From assembly GCA_002269645.1 (NCBI GenBank), contig NIVC01000180.1, positions 310,001 to 374,000 on the forward strand: DNA of 64,000 bases, written 5' to 3'. Origin of the DNA: Macrostomum lignano (Eukaryota). The notes under the pieces are model-generated. The model was given only the letters and a program-made list of their open reading frames with translations, searched no databases and had not been told where the DNA came from. Shown here one piece after another: positions 24,529 through 35,145 of this stretch (the stretch's first letter is position 1; each line of letters opens with the position of its first letter). The position numbers and the translations under genes are program-made.

Positions 24529-25378
24529 CTGTCTAATACCAGCTCCCAGTGTCGAATGGCAGCTCCCCAGTGCCTAATGGCAGCTCCCCAGTGTCTAATG
24601 ACAGCTTCCCAGTGCCTAATGGCAGCTCCCTATGTCTAATGGCAGCTCCCCAGTGCCTAACGGCAGCTCCCAAGTGTCTAATGGCAGCTCCCCAGTGCCT
24701 AATGGCAGCTCCCCAGTGTCTAATGACAGCTTCCCAGTGTCTAATGGCAGCTCCCCAGTGCCTAACGGCAGCTCCCTATGTCTAATGGCAGCTCCCAGTG
24801 TCTAATGGCAGCTCCAAGTGTCTAATGGCAGCTCCCCAGTGTCTAATGGCAGCTTCCCAGTGCCTAATGGCAGCTCCCTATGTCGAATGGCAGCTCCCAG
24901 TGTCTAATGGCAGCTCCCAGTGTCTAATGGCAGCTCCCAGTGTCTAATGGCAGCTCCCCAGTGTCTAATGGCAGCGCCCAGTGTCTAATGGCAGCGCCCA
25001 GTGTCTAATGGCAGCTCCCAGTGTCTAATGGCAGCTCCCCAGTGTCTAATGGCAGCTCCCCAGTGTCTAATGGCAGCGCCCAGTGTCTAATGGCAGCGCC
25101 CAGTGTCTAATGGCAGCTTCCCAGTGCCTAACGGCAGCTCCCAGTGTCTAATGGCAGCTCCCAGTGTCTAATGGCAGCTCCCAGTGTCTAATGGCAGCTC
25201 CCAGTGTCTAATGGCAGCTCCCAGTGTCTAATGGCAGCTTCCAGTGTCTAATGGCAGCTCCCAATGTCTAATGGCAGCTCCCAGTGTCTAATGGCAGCGC
25301 CCAGTGTCTAATGGCAGCGCCCAGTGTCTAATGGCAGCTTCCCAGTGCCTAATGGCAGCTCCCTATGTCTAATGGCAG
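24529..25378. repeat. 20-21-bp minisatellite (gtgtctaatggcagctccca) forming the RBCK1 3' flank and overlapping its stop codon
   Basis: The last unit overlaps TGC CAT TAG on the minus strand (25369-25378). Confidence 0.95.
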
Positions 25379-28300
25379 TTCATGCAGTTCGGGTGGCACT
25401 TCTTGTTGTTCACCCGGCAGCGGCAGCCGCCAGAGGTGTCACCCTGGCCGCCGGGTCCCCAGCGCGGGCCGCGGGTGGCCCAGCAGATCTCGGTGCGGCA
25501 CACGGAGCACATCAGCCAGTCGCAGCCTTCGCGCTTGGAGAGAAACACCTGGCATTTGGGGCACTTCATGGCCTCTCCGGACTGCAGCATGTCCTGCACG
25601 ATTCGGGAGTGACATTGGGAAACCAGTTGCAGTTAGTCTGCTATCCTATAAACTTTACACATGGTGTCACTCAATCAGTCAGTGTCACTCAATCAGCCAA
25701 GGTGTCACTCAATCAGTCAGTGTCACTCAATCAGTCAGTGTCACTCAATCAGCCAAGGTGTCACTCAATCAGTCAGTGTCACTCAATCAGTCAGTGTCAC
25801 TCAATCAGCCAAGGTGTCACTCAATCAGTCAGTGTCACTCAATCAGTCAGTGTCACTCAATCAGTCAGTGTCACTCAATCAGTCAGTGTCACTCAATCAG
25901 TCAGTGTCACTCAATCAGCCAAGGTGTCACTTAATCAGTCATTGTCACTCAATCAGTCAGTGTCACTCAATCAGTCAAAGGTGTCACTCAATCAGTCAGT
26001 GTCACTCAATCAGTCAGTGTCACTCAATCAGCCAAGGCTGTCACTTAATCAGCCAAGGCTGTCACCCAATCAGCCAAGGCTGTCACTCAATCAGCCAAGG
26101 CTGTCACTTAATCAGCCAAGGCTGTCACCCAATCAGCCAAGGCTGTCACTCAATCAGGCAAGGCTGTCACCCAATCAGCCAAGGGTGTCACCCAATCAGC
26201 CAAGGCTGTCACTCAATCAGCCAAGGGTGTCACTCAATCAGCTAAGGCTGTCACTCAATCAGCCAAGGTGTCACTCAATCAGCCAAGGGTGTCACTCAAT
26301 CAGCCAAGGGTGTCACTCAATCAGCTAAGGCTGTCACTCAATCAGCCAAGGTGTCACTCAATCAGCCAAGGCTGTCACTCAATCAGCCAAGGTGTCACTC
26401 AATCAGCCAAGGCTGTCACTCAATCAGCCAAGGCTGTCACTCAATCAGCCAATAGTGTCACTCAATCAGCCAAGGCTGTCACTCAATCAGCCAAGGCTGT
26501 CACTCAATCAGCCAAGGTGTCACTCAATCAGCCAATAGTGTCACTCAATCAGCCAAGGTGTCACTCAATCAGCCAAGGCTGTCACTCAATCAGCCAAGGC
26601 TGTCACTCAATCAGCCAAGGCTGTCACTCAATCAGCCAAGGCTGTCACTCAATCAGCCAATAGTGTCACTCAATCAGCCAAGGCTGTCACTCAATCAGCC
26701 AAGGCTGTCACTCAATCAGCCAAGGCTGTCACTCAATCAGCCAAGGTGTCACTCAATCACTCACCTCCAGTTTCTGCAGTCCCAGCTTGGCATTCTCGTC
26801 GTTCTCAGCGCGCCTGCGCAGGTCGTCCTGGTATTGCTGGCAGGTGAGGTCCTTGTGGGAGGCCCTGCAGGTGACGCAGTTGTGCTCCTGGCACACCTCG
26901 CACTCAAACTCGTTAACATTGTCCACCAGTTCAACGAATGCCTCGCAGTTTGGCGTCACGCAGTGGAAGGCGTTGGTGATGACGGCCTCGGCCTGGCGGA
27001 GCCCCAGCCGCTGCAGCCTGGCCAGCTGCTCATCGGTGAGCAGCTCCTTGAGCTCGGCCTCGGTGACAGTCTGCTGGCACGGCTCGCACGGGCAGATGAC
27101 GGGCAGCCGGTCGGAGTTGAGCGCGTGGTCCCTCAGGCAGTTCTCGCAGACCTCGTGGCCGCACTCGCGCAGCCGCAGGCCCCGGATGCCGTCGCCGTCG
27201 TCATCGTCGCCGCCAACGTCGCAGAGGCAGATCGGGCACTCGAAGCCCTGCTGCGCCGGCACGGGGATCAGCGAGCCCTGCGTCAGGTTCATGAGCTCGC
27301 GGAAGTTGCGCTCGCGCTCCCGCTCGGTCTGCAGATTGCGCAACAGGGGGGGGGGGCAATTCTGATTTATGAGGATTCCGGCTTCCCACTGTGCGACTGT
27401 CCGCAGGTGTACTTTAAGCCCAACCCCAGTGCCGCAGTAATGTACACTGAGCCAACGGGTTTCCAGTCTTTCCTGCCCTTCAAGCGCACTTTCGGCATTT
27501 AAATAGCGGTCACCTGGAAATTCACTCTTGTCACTGCGTCCCTGGAAAGTCACTCCGTCACTGTGTCTCTGGAAAGTCACTCCGTCACTGTGTCTCTGGA
27601 AAGTCACCCCGTCACTGTGTCTCTGGAAAGTCACTCCGTCACTGTGTCTCTGGAAAGTCACTTCGTCACTGTGTCTCTGGAAAGTCACTCCGTCACTGTG
27701 TCTCTGGAAAGTCGCTCCGTCACTGTGTCTCTGGAAAGTCACTCCCTCACTGTGTCTCTGGAAAGTCGCTCCGTCACTGTGTCTCTGGAAAGTCACTCCG
27801 TCACTGTGTCTCTGGAAAGTCACTCCGTCACTGTGTCTCTGGAAAGTCACTCCGTCACTGTGTCTCTGGAAAGTCGCTCCGTCACTGTGTCTCTGGAAAG
27901 TCACTCCCTCACTGTGTCTCTGGAAAGTCGCTCCGTCACTGTGTCTCTGGAAAGTCACTCCGTCACTGTGTCTCTGGAAAGTCACTCCGTCACTGTGTCT
28001 CTGGAACGTCACTCCGTCACTGTGTCTCTGGAAAGTCACTCCGTCACTGTGTCTCTGGAAAGTCACTCCCTCACTGTGTCTCTGGAAAGTCGCTCCGTCA
28101 CTGTGTCTCTGGAAAGTCACTCCCTCACTGTGTCTCTGGAAAGTCGCTCCGAGCGTATTCCGAGAGGTCATTCAGCCAGATTCCTGGTAACGGTGAATAT
28201 TGGAAATTCACACCATCAGTCCAACCGATAAAGGCAAATTTGAGAAGTCAGCCGTTCATTGTCAAATAATAAATCAATGCCTGTGAAGAATAGCAGAGTT

Positions 28301-31300
28301 TTCGTATTAGGTATTTCTTGAGAGAAAAATCTCTTTGACCAAAAAATCTGTTTTATATTTCACGGATTACCAAACGTGTCTGAAATTTGTGCTAGGAAAT
28401 TAGGCAGCTATTGGCCAAGTGGGGACAATATCCACTTTGGAGAGTAATAAAAACACTGGATAACCGCATGGCAAGCAAAGAAAATGATAAGAGATAATAG
28501 TAAAAAGATTCGAAAAAAAGTGTACACGAATTACAGTTACAGAGGCAGATTTACAGAAACAGAAACAGGGGATCTCAGCGCTATCAGGACACCGGTGAAC
28601 AGGTGATCTCAGATGTCAGGACACCGGTGAACAGGTGATCTCAGATATCAGGACACCGGTGAATAGGTGATCTCAGATGTCAGGACACCGGTGAACAGGT
28701 GATCTCAGATGTCAGGACACCGGTGAACAGGTGATCTCAGATATGAGGATACCGGTGAACAAGTGATGTCAGATATGAGGACACCGGTGAACAAGTGATG
28801 TCAGATATGAGGACACCGGTGAACAGGTGATCTCAGATGTCAGGACACCGGTGAACAGGTGATCTCAGATATCAGGACACCGCTGAACAGGTGACCTCAG
28901 ATATCAGGACACAGGTGAATAGGTAATCGCAGATATCAGGACACCGGTGAACAGGTGATCTCAGATATCAGGACACCGGTGAACAGGGGATCTCAGCGCT
29001 ATCAGGACACCGGTGACAGGTGATCGCAGATATCAGGACACCAGTGACAGGTGATATCAGATATTAAGATACCGGTGAACAGGTGATCGCAGATATCAGG
29101 ACACCAGTGACAGGTGATATCAGATATTAAGATACCGGTGAACAGGTGATCTCAGATATCAGAACACCTGTAAACAGGTGATCTCAGATATTAAGATACC
29201 GGTGAACAGGTGATCTCAGATATCAGAACACCGGTGACAGGGAATCGGAACGCATCTTAGGGCATATTGTCACAGTGCTATCACAATGCCAAATGTAAAA
29301 GAAGTTTAATAAGATTCCAATGAGGTAGTGGAACACTATGGATCAGCAGCTTCGCGAGGTTCATCCGCCTTGTTCTCTTCATCATCCGAGTCGCTGCTGC
29401 TGGAATCCGCGGCGGCGGCGGCGGTCTTCGGGTTCCTCAGAGCCCGGCGTCTCAATGTAGCTCTCTGTGGGATCGGTTGCGCTGGTCTGAGGACTTGGCC
29501 CCGCATTTGCCTTGCTTAACAAAACATTTCCACTTTTTAAAAGCGCATGTACAAAACAGTGCAGTTCTGCCGCTCGTCTCTCAGCTTAGTCGCGGAGCTC
29601 GATCGCTGATTGGCTGGCAATCTAGCTTTGCAGGCTTTTGATTGGCTGCTTGGGTCACTACCCCTGCCCCAGGTAATCTAACCCTGCCCCAGCTAATCTA
29701 CCGCTGCCACAGCTAATCTACCCCTGCCCCAGCTAATCTACCGCTGCCACAGCTATTCTACCCCTGCCACAGCTAATCTACCCCTGCCACAGCTAATCTA
29801 CCCCTGCCACAGCTATTCTACCCCTGCCACAGCAATTCTACCCCTGCCACAGCAATTCTACCCCTGCCACAGCAATTCTACCCCTGCCACAGCTATTCCA
29901 CCCCTGCCACAACTATTCCACCCCTGCCCCAGCTAATCTACTCCTGCCACAGCAATTCTACCCCTGCCCCAGCTAATCTACCCCTGCCACAGCTATTCTA
30001 CCCCTGCCCCAGCTAATCTACCCCTGCCACAGCTATTCTACCCCTGCCACAGCAATTCTACCCTTGCCCCGGTCTACAATTGTTCACCTGCAGCAAGAAA
30101 TCAGCCCCTAGAACATTCAGGCAAAGCAGGGACTCGCAACTCACGAATTTAAGAAATTCGCCGTGCAGCTTCAGCTGCCGCTGCTCCTCTTCTGCCTGCA
30201 GCTCCGCCGGCACCTCGTAGTCGGGCGGCCGCGCCCCACCGCACATCTGGCAGCCGGGCCGCACCGGCTCGTTGCGGAAGGTGCACTTGGGACAGCTCCA
30301 GCCCGGCTGCGGGGGCGGAGGGCGGAGAAGGCGACGATAACGTGACGCATTAAAGGATGCAAATTCTGAGATGATGGCACACATTAAAGGATTCTGAAAT
30401 GGCGGCACACATCAAATAATTCTGAAATGGTGCACACATTAAAGTATTCTTAAATGGCGGCACATATCAAAAGATTCTAAAATGACGGCACATATCAAAT
30501 GATTCTAAAATCGCGCACACAAAAAAGGGTTCTAAAGTTGCGGCACACATCAAAGGATCTTAAGTGGCGGTCCACATCAAAGAATCCTGAATGGTGACAT
30601 GCATCAAAGGATGCAAATCGAGATAGCGGCACACATCAAAGGATGCGAATCGAGATGGCGGCACACATCAAAGGATGCAAATCGAGATGGCGGCACACAT
30701 CAAAGGATGCGAATCGAGATGGCGGCACACATCAAAGGATGCAAATCGAGATGGCGGCACACATCAAAGGATGTGAATTCTGAGAGTTAATAAAGTGAGC
30801 TATTTGAGTCACTCACTTCTTCTTCAACCTCAGGCTGCTGCGGCTGCGGCGGCCCTACAGATCCTGCAGAGCCTTCATCGTATTCGGAATCCTCCCGGCG
30901 GATGACCTGCCGGTCCCGCTCGGCCCGTACAGCCGCCTTCAGCTGCTCGAGGTGATCCTTCTTTGGTGGCCAGTGCTCAGGATTCGATGTAACCAGGTAG
31001 GTCAGCACCTGAGAGATTGGGGAATAAACAGATTTGGCATGCTCCAGGTCCACTTTGAGGACAAACACTCAGCATCATCATGGGATCGCATACTGAGCAT
31101 CATAGGATCACACACTGAGCATCATCATGAGATCACACACAACAGCATCATCATGGGATCACACACATCAGCATCATCATGGGATCACACAGCCAGCATC
31201 ATCATGGGATCACACAGCCAGCATCATCATGGGATCACACACATTCAGCATCATCATGGGATCACACACCAGCATCATCATGGGATCACAAACAGCCAGC

Positions 31301-31929
31301 ATCATCATGGGATCACACACATCCAGCATCATCATGGGATCACACACCAGCATCATCATGGGATCACAAACAGCCAGCATCATCATGGGATCACACACAC
31401 CAGCATCATCATGGGATCACACACATCAGCATCATCATGGGATCACACAGCCAGCATCATCATGGGATCACACAGCCAGCATCATCATGGGATCACAGTC
31501 AGCCTCAGCAGTTCCGCAGTCCCCAACCTTGAGCTCCTTAGTCTTGGTGAGCTCATCAAAAATCCTCTCATTGCCCAGCAGCTGGCCATCAGCCATGCAC
31601 CGCTGAATCGCGGGCGGCAGGCCGAAAACCAACAGCGTCTCGTCCTTCAGGTCGGCGATGCAGGCGGTCCGCGGCATGACGAGGCGCAGCGGGCCGCAGG
31701 AGCGAGAGTCGCCAGCCTGCAGCGTCAGCGACACCAGCAGGCTCTCCTCAGGCAGGGCGCCACCGGAGGAGGTCGCGGCGCCTTCGGGTTCGGCGTAGGC
31801 GCGCAGGCTGAACAGCCGGGAGTTGGCGAGCTCCGCCGCCAGGCGCTGCGCCTTGTCTACGTTGCGCTCCGACAGAGCGGCGTTGAAGCTCTCAGAGAGG
31901 CGCCAGACACCGGCGGGCACCGTCGACAT
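25369..31929 (-). CDS. RBCK1: HOIL-1L / RBCK1 RBR E3 ligase (LTM-UBL-NZF-RING1-IBR-RING2), about 514 aa
   Basis: Exons 31528-31929, 30817-31008, 30145-30306, 26765-27328 and 25369-25593, all phase 0. [24 protein letters not shown]; RING1 [16 protein letters not shown]; [28 protein letters not shown]; C-terminus [52 protein letters not shown] is diagnostic of HOIL-1L. Confidence 0.93.
25660..26760. repeat. 18-21-bp minisatellite (gtgtcactcaatcagccaag variants) in RBCK1 intron 4
   Basis: Tandem copies reaching the splice donor. Confidence 0.95.
27505..28150. repeat. 27-bp minisatellite (ggaaagtcactccgtcactgtgtctct) in RBCK1 intron 3
   Basis: Tandem copies. Confidence 0.95.
28560..29240. repeat. 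32-bp minisatellite (tcagatatcaggacaccggtgaacaggtgatc) in RBCK1 intron 3
   Basis: Tandem copies. Confidence 0.95.
29336..29506 (-). CDS. Putative nested micro-ORF (56 aa) or alternative RBCK1 terminal exon
   Basis: [56 protein letters not shown]: GC-rich, coding-like composition inside an otherwise repetitive intron, with two CCAAT boxes upstream. Confidence 0.35.
   Translation of the reverse strand: MRGQVLRPAQPIPQRATLRRRALRNPKTAAAAADSSSSDSDDEENKADEPREAADP
29607..29647 (-). promoter_or_regulatory. Two CCAAT boxes (AGCCAATC) upstream of the nested micro-ORF
   Basis: gattggct occurs at about 29607 and 29640 on the plus strand. Confidence 0.35.
29655..30070. repeat. 20-bp minisatellite (ctacccctgccacagctaat) in RBCK1 intron 3
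   Basis: Tandem copies. Confidence 0.95.
30345..30780. repeat. 32-bp minisatellite (atggcggcacacatcaaaggatgcaaatcgag) with a decay gradient, RBCK1 intron 2
   Basis: Near-perfect copies at the right end, degenerate toward the left. Confidence 0.9.
31065..31500. repeat. 23-27-bp minisatellite (cagcatcatcatgggatcacaca) in RBCK1 intron 1
   Basis: Tandem copies. Confidence 0.95.
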
Positions 31930-31999
31930 GGCGAGGCGGAGATCAGCATGCAAGAATTGCGGTTTTCCTGCTGCATTCTGACCTGCTTCTCGTTTTGGA

Positions 32000-33995
32000 G
32001 CTGTTCTCAGGGTTTCTTGGCGGTTCTCAGGGTTTCTTGGCGGTTCTCAGGGGTTTTTTGGCGGTTCTCAGGGTTTCTTGGCGGTTCTCAGGGTTTCTTG
32101 GCGGTTGTCAGGGTTTCTTGGCGGTTCTCAGGGTTTCTTGGCGGTTCTCAGGGTTTCTTGGCGGTTCTCAGGGTTTCTGGGCGGTTCTCAGGGTTTCTTG
32201 GCGGTTCTCAGGGTTTCTTGGCGGTTCTCAGGGTTTCTTGGCGGTTCTCAATGTTTCTTGGCGGTTCTCAGGGTTTCTTGGCGGTTCTCAGGGTTTCTTG
32301 GCGGTTCTCAGGGTTTCTTGGCGGTTCTCAGGGTTTCTTGGCGGTTCTCAGGGTTTCTTGGCGGTTCTCAGGGTTTCTTGGCGGTTCTCAGGGTTTCTTG
32401 GCGGTTCTCAGGGTTTCTTGGCGGTTCTCAGGGTTTCTTGGCGGTTCTCAGGGTTTCTTGGCGGTTCTCAGCGTTTCTCAGGGTTTCTTGGCGGTTCTCA
32501 GGGTTTTTTGCGGTTCTCAGGGTTTTTTTGGAGGTTCTCAGGGTTTCTTGGCGGTTCTCAGAGTTTTTTGGCGGTTCTCAGGGGGGGTTCTCAGGGCGGT
32601 TCTCAGGGGGGTTCTCAGAGCGGTTCTCAGGGTTTTTTGGCGGTTCTCAGGGTTTTTTGGGCGGTTCTCAGGGTTTCTTGGCGGTTCTCAGGGTTTTTTT
32701 GGCGGTTCTCAGGGTTTCTTGGCGGTTCTCAGCGTTTCTCAGGGTTTCTTGGCGGTTCTCAGGGTTTTTTTGCGGTTCTCAGGGTTTTTTTGGAGGTTCT
32801 CAGGGTTTTTTTGGAGGTTCTCAGGGTTTCTTGGCGGCTCTCAGAGTTTTTTGGCGGTTCTCAGGGGGGGTTCTCAGGGCGGTTCTCAGGGGGGTTCTCA
32901 GAGCGGTTCTCAGGGTTTTTTGGCGGTTCTCAGGGTTTTTTGGGCGGTTCTCAGGGTTTCTTGGCGGTTCTCAGAGTTTCTTGGCGGTTCTCAGGGTTTC
33001 TTGGCGGTTCTCAAAGTTTCTTGGCGGTTCTCAGGGTTTCTTGGCGGTTCTCAGGGTTTCTGGGCGGTTCTCAGGGTTTCTTGGCGGTTCTCAGGGTTTT
33101 TTTGGCGGTTCTCAGGGTTTCTTGGCGGTTCTCAGGGTTTCTTGGCGGTTCTCAGGGTTTCTTGGCGGTTCTCAGGGTTTCTGGGCGGTTCTCAGGGTTT
33201 CTTGGCGGTTCTCAGGGTTTCTTGGCGGTTCTCAGGGTTTCTTGGCGGTTCTCAGGGTTTTTTTGCGGTTCTCAGGGTTTTTTGGAGGTTCTCAGGGTTT
33301 CTTGGCGGTTCTCAGGGTTTTTTGGCGGTTGTCAGGGGGGGTTCTCAGGGCGGTTCTCAGGGGGGTTCTCAGAGCGGTTCTCAGGGTTTTTTGGCGGTTC
33401 TCAGGGTTTTTTTGGCGGTTCTCAGGGTTTCTTGGCGGTTCTCAGGGTTTCTTGGCGGTTCTCAGGGTTTCTTGGCGGTTCTCAGGGTTTCTTGGCGGTT
33501 CTCAGGGTTTCTTGGCGGTTCTCAGGGTTTCTGGGCGGTTCTCAGGGTTTCTTGGCGGTTCTCAGGGTTTTTTTGGCGGTTCTCAGGGTTTCTTGGCGGT
33601 TCTCAGGGTTTCTTGGCGGTTCTCATGGTTTCTTGGCGGTTCTCAGGGTTTCTTGGCGGTTCTCAGGGTTTCTTAGCGGTTCTCGGGGTGGTTTCTGAGT
33701 GATTCTCAGGGTAGTTTCTGAGTGATTCTCAGGGTGGTTTCTGAGTGATTCTCAGGGTGGTTTCTGGGTGATTCTCAGGGTGGTTTCTGAGTGATTCTCA
33801 GGGTGGTTTCTGAGTGATTCTCAGTGTGGTTTCTGAGTGATTCTCAGGGTGGTTTCTGAGTGATTCTCAGGGTGGTTTCTGAGTGATTCTCGGGGTGGTT
33901 TCTGAGTGATTCTCAGGGTGGTTTCTGAGTGATTCTCAGGGTAGTTTCTGAGTGATTCTCAGGGTGGTTTCTGGGTGATTCTCAGGGTGGTTTCT
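32000..33995. repeat. 20-bp minisatellite (gggtttcttggcggttctca) followed by a 23-bp block (gggtggtttctgagtgattctca), immediately upstream of RBCK1
   Basis: About 2 kb; explains the 916/567/532-aa plus-strand ORFs. Confidence 0.95.
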
Positions 33996-34384
33996 GATCC
34001 TTCGCTGATGGTGCTAACAAACTGAACAGACAAAATAAAAAGTATGCCGTTTTTAGCTTTGTTAGTTATAAAAGAGTATGTATATAAAATTTATTTACTA
34101 CACTGGATGTGCGATGCAACATTGTTTAAAGTAGGTTACCTTAACCTCAATAAAATATCTGGCTAAAATAGCACGAGCAAGGCGATAAAAAACGCGATGA
34201 GATTTGGACTGTCAGATGACACGAAATCATGTTCAAGGATGTTATTTATGGATGAATAGATCAAAACACCAGCGCACCTTTCTACCTGGCATTCAATAAT
34301 TGGGGAGGCTGTGCATACGGCTGCTGTTATAGGCGAACAGGCGTTACAGTAACAGCTTATTCTGTCAAGCAGGTGTTACAGGGG

Positions 34385-34930
34385 TTATGTCTAACAGGTG
34401 TTACAGAGTTTCTGGGAGGTGTGTCTAACAGGTGTTACAGAGTTTCTGGGAGATGTGTCTAACAGGTGTTACAGAGTTTCTGGGAGATGTGTCTAACAGG
34501 TGTTACAGAGTTTCTAGGAGATGTGTCTAACAGGTGTTACAGAGTTTCTGGGAGATGTGTCTAACAGGTGTTACAGAGTTTCTAGGAGATGTGTCTAACA
34601 GGTGTTACAGAGTTTCTGGGAGATGTGTCTAACAGGTGTTACAGAGTTTCTAGGAGATGTGTCTAACAGGTGTTACAGAGTTTCTAGGAGATGTGTCTAA
34701 CAGGTGTTACAGAGTTTCTAGGAGATGTGTCTAACAGGTGTTACAGAGTTTCTGGGAGATGTGTCTAACAGGTGTTACAGAGTTTCTTGGAGATGTGTCT
34801 AACAGGTGTTACAGAGTTTCTTGGAGATGTGTCTAACAGGTGTTACAGAGTTTCTGGCAGATGTGTCTAACAGGTGTTACAGAGTTTCTGGCAGATGTGT
34901 CTAACAGGTGTTACAGAGGCATTCTGTCTA
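34385..34930. repeat. 34-bp minisatellite (gtctaacaggtgttacagagtttctgggagatgt)
   Basis: Tandem copies between SHARPIN-like and RBCK1. Confidence 0.95.
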
Positions 34931-35145
34931 ACTGGTACAAAAGCGGCACCAGAGCAGCGTCCATCTGCTAAAATGTTTGAAAATAATAATCAAAAATAGA
35001 AATAAGAAAAATAAGGAATTGTAATTATTTACACTACATATCAAACATTAAAAATGGCAAATCGCAGAGGTGAAAAAAATCAAAGTGAATAAGAAAAACT
35101 GGAATTGCGAATCGCAGTTGACAAGCGGCTGTTCCTCGTGTGCCA

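Noticed and set aside
30952-33702. 916/567/532-aa plus-strand ORFs
   Set aside because: They are translations of the 20-bp and 23-27-bp arrays, antisense to the well-supported RBCK1 gene.
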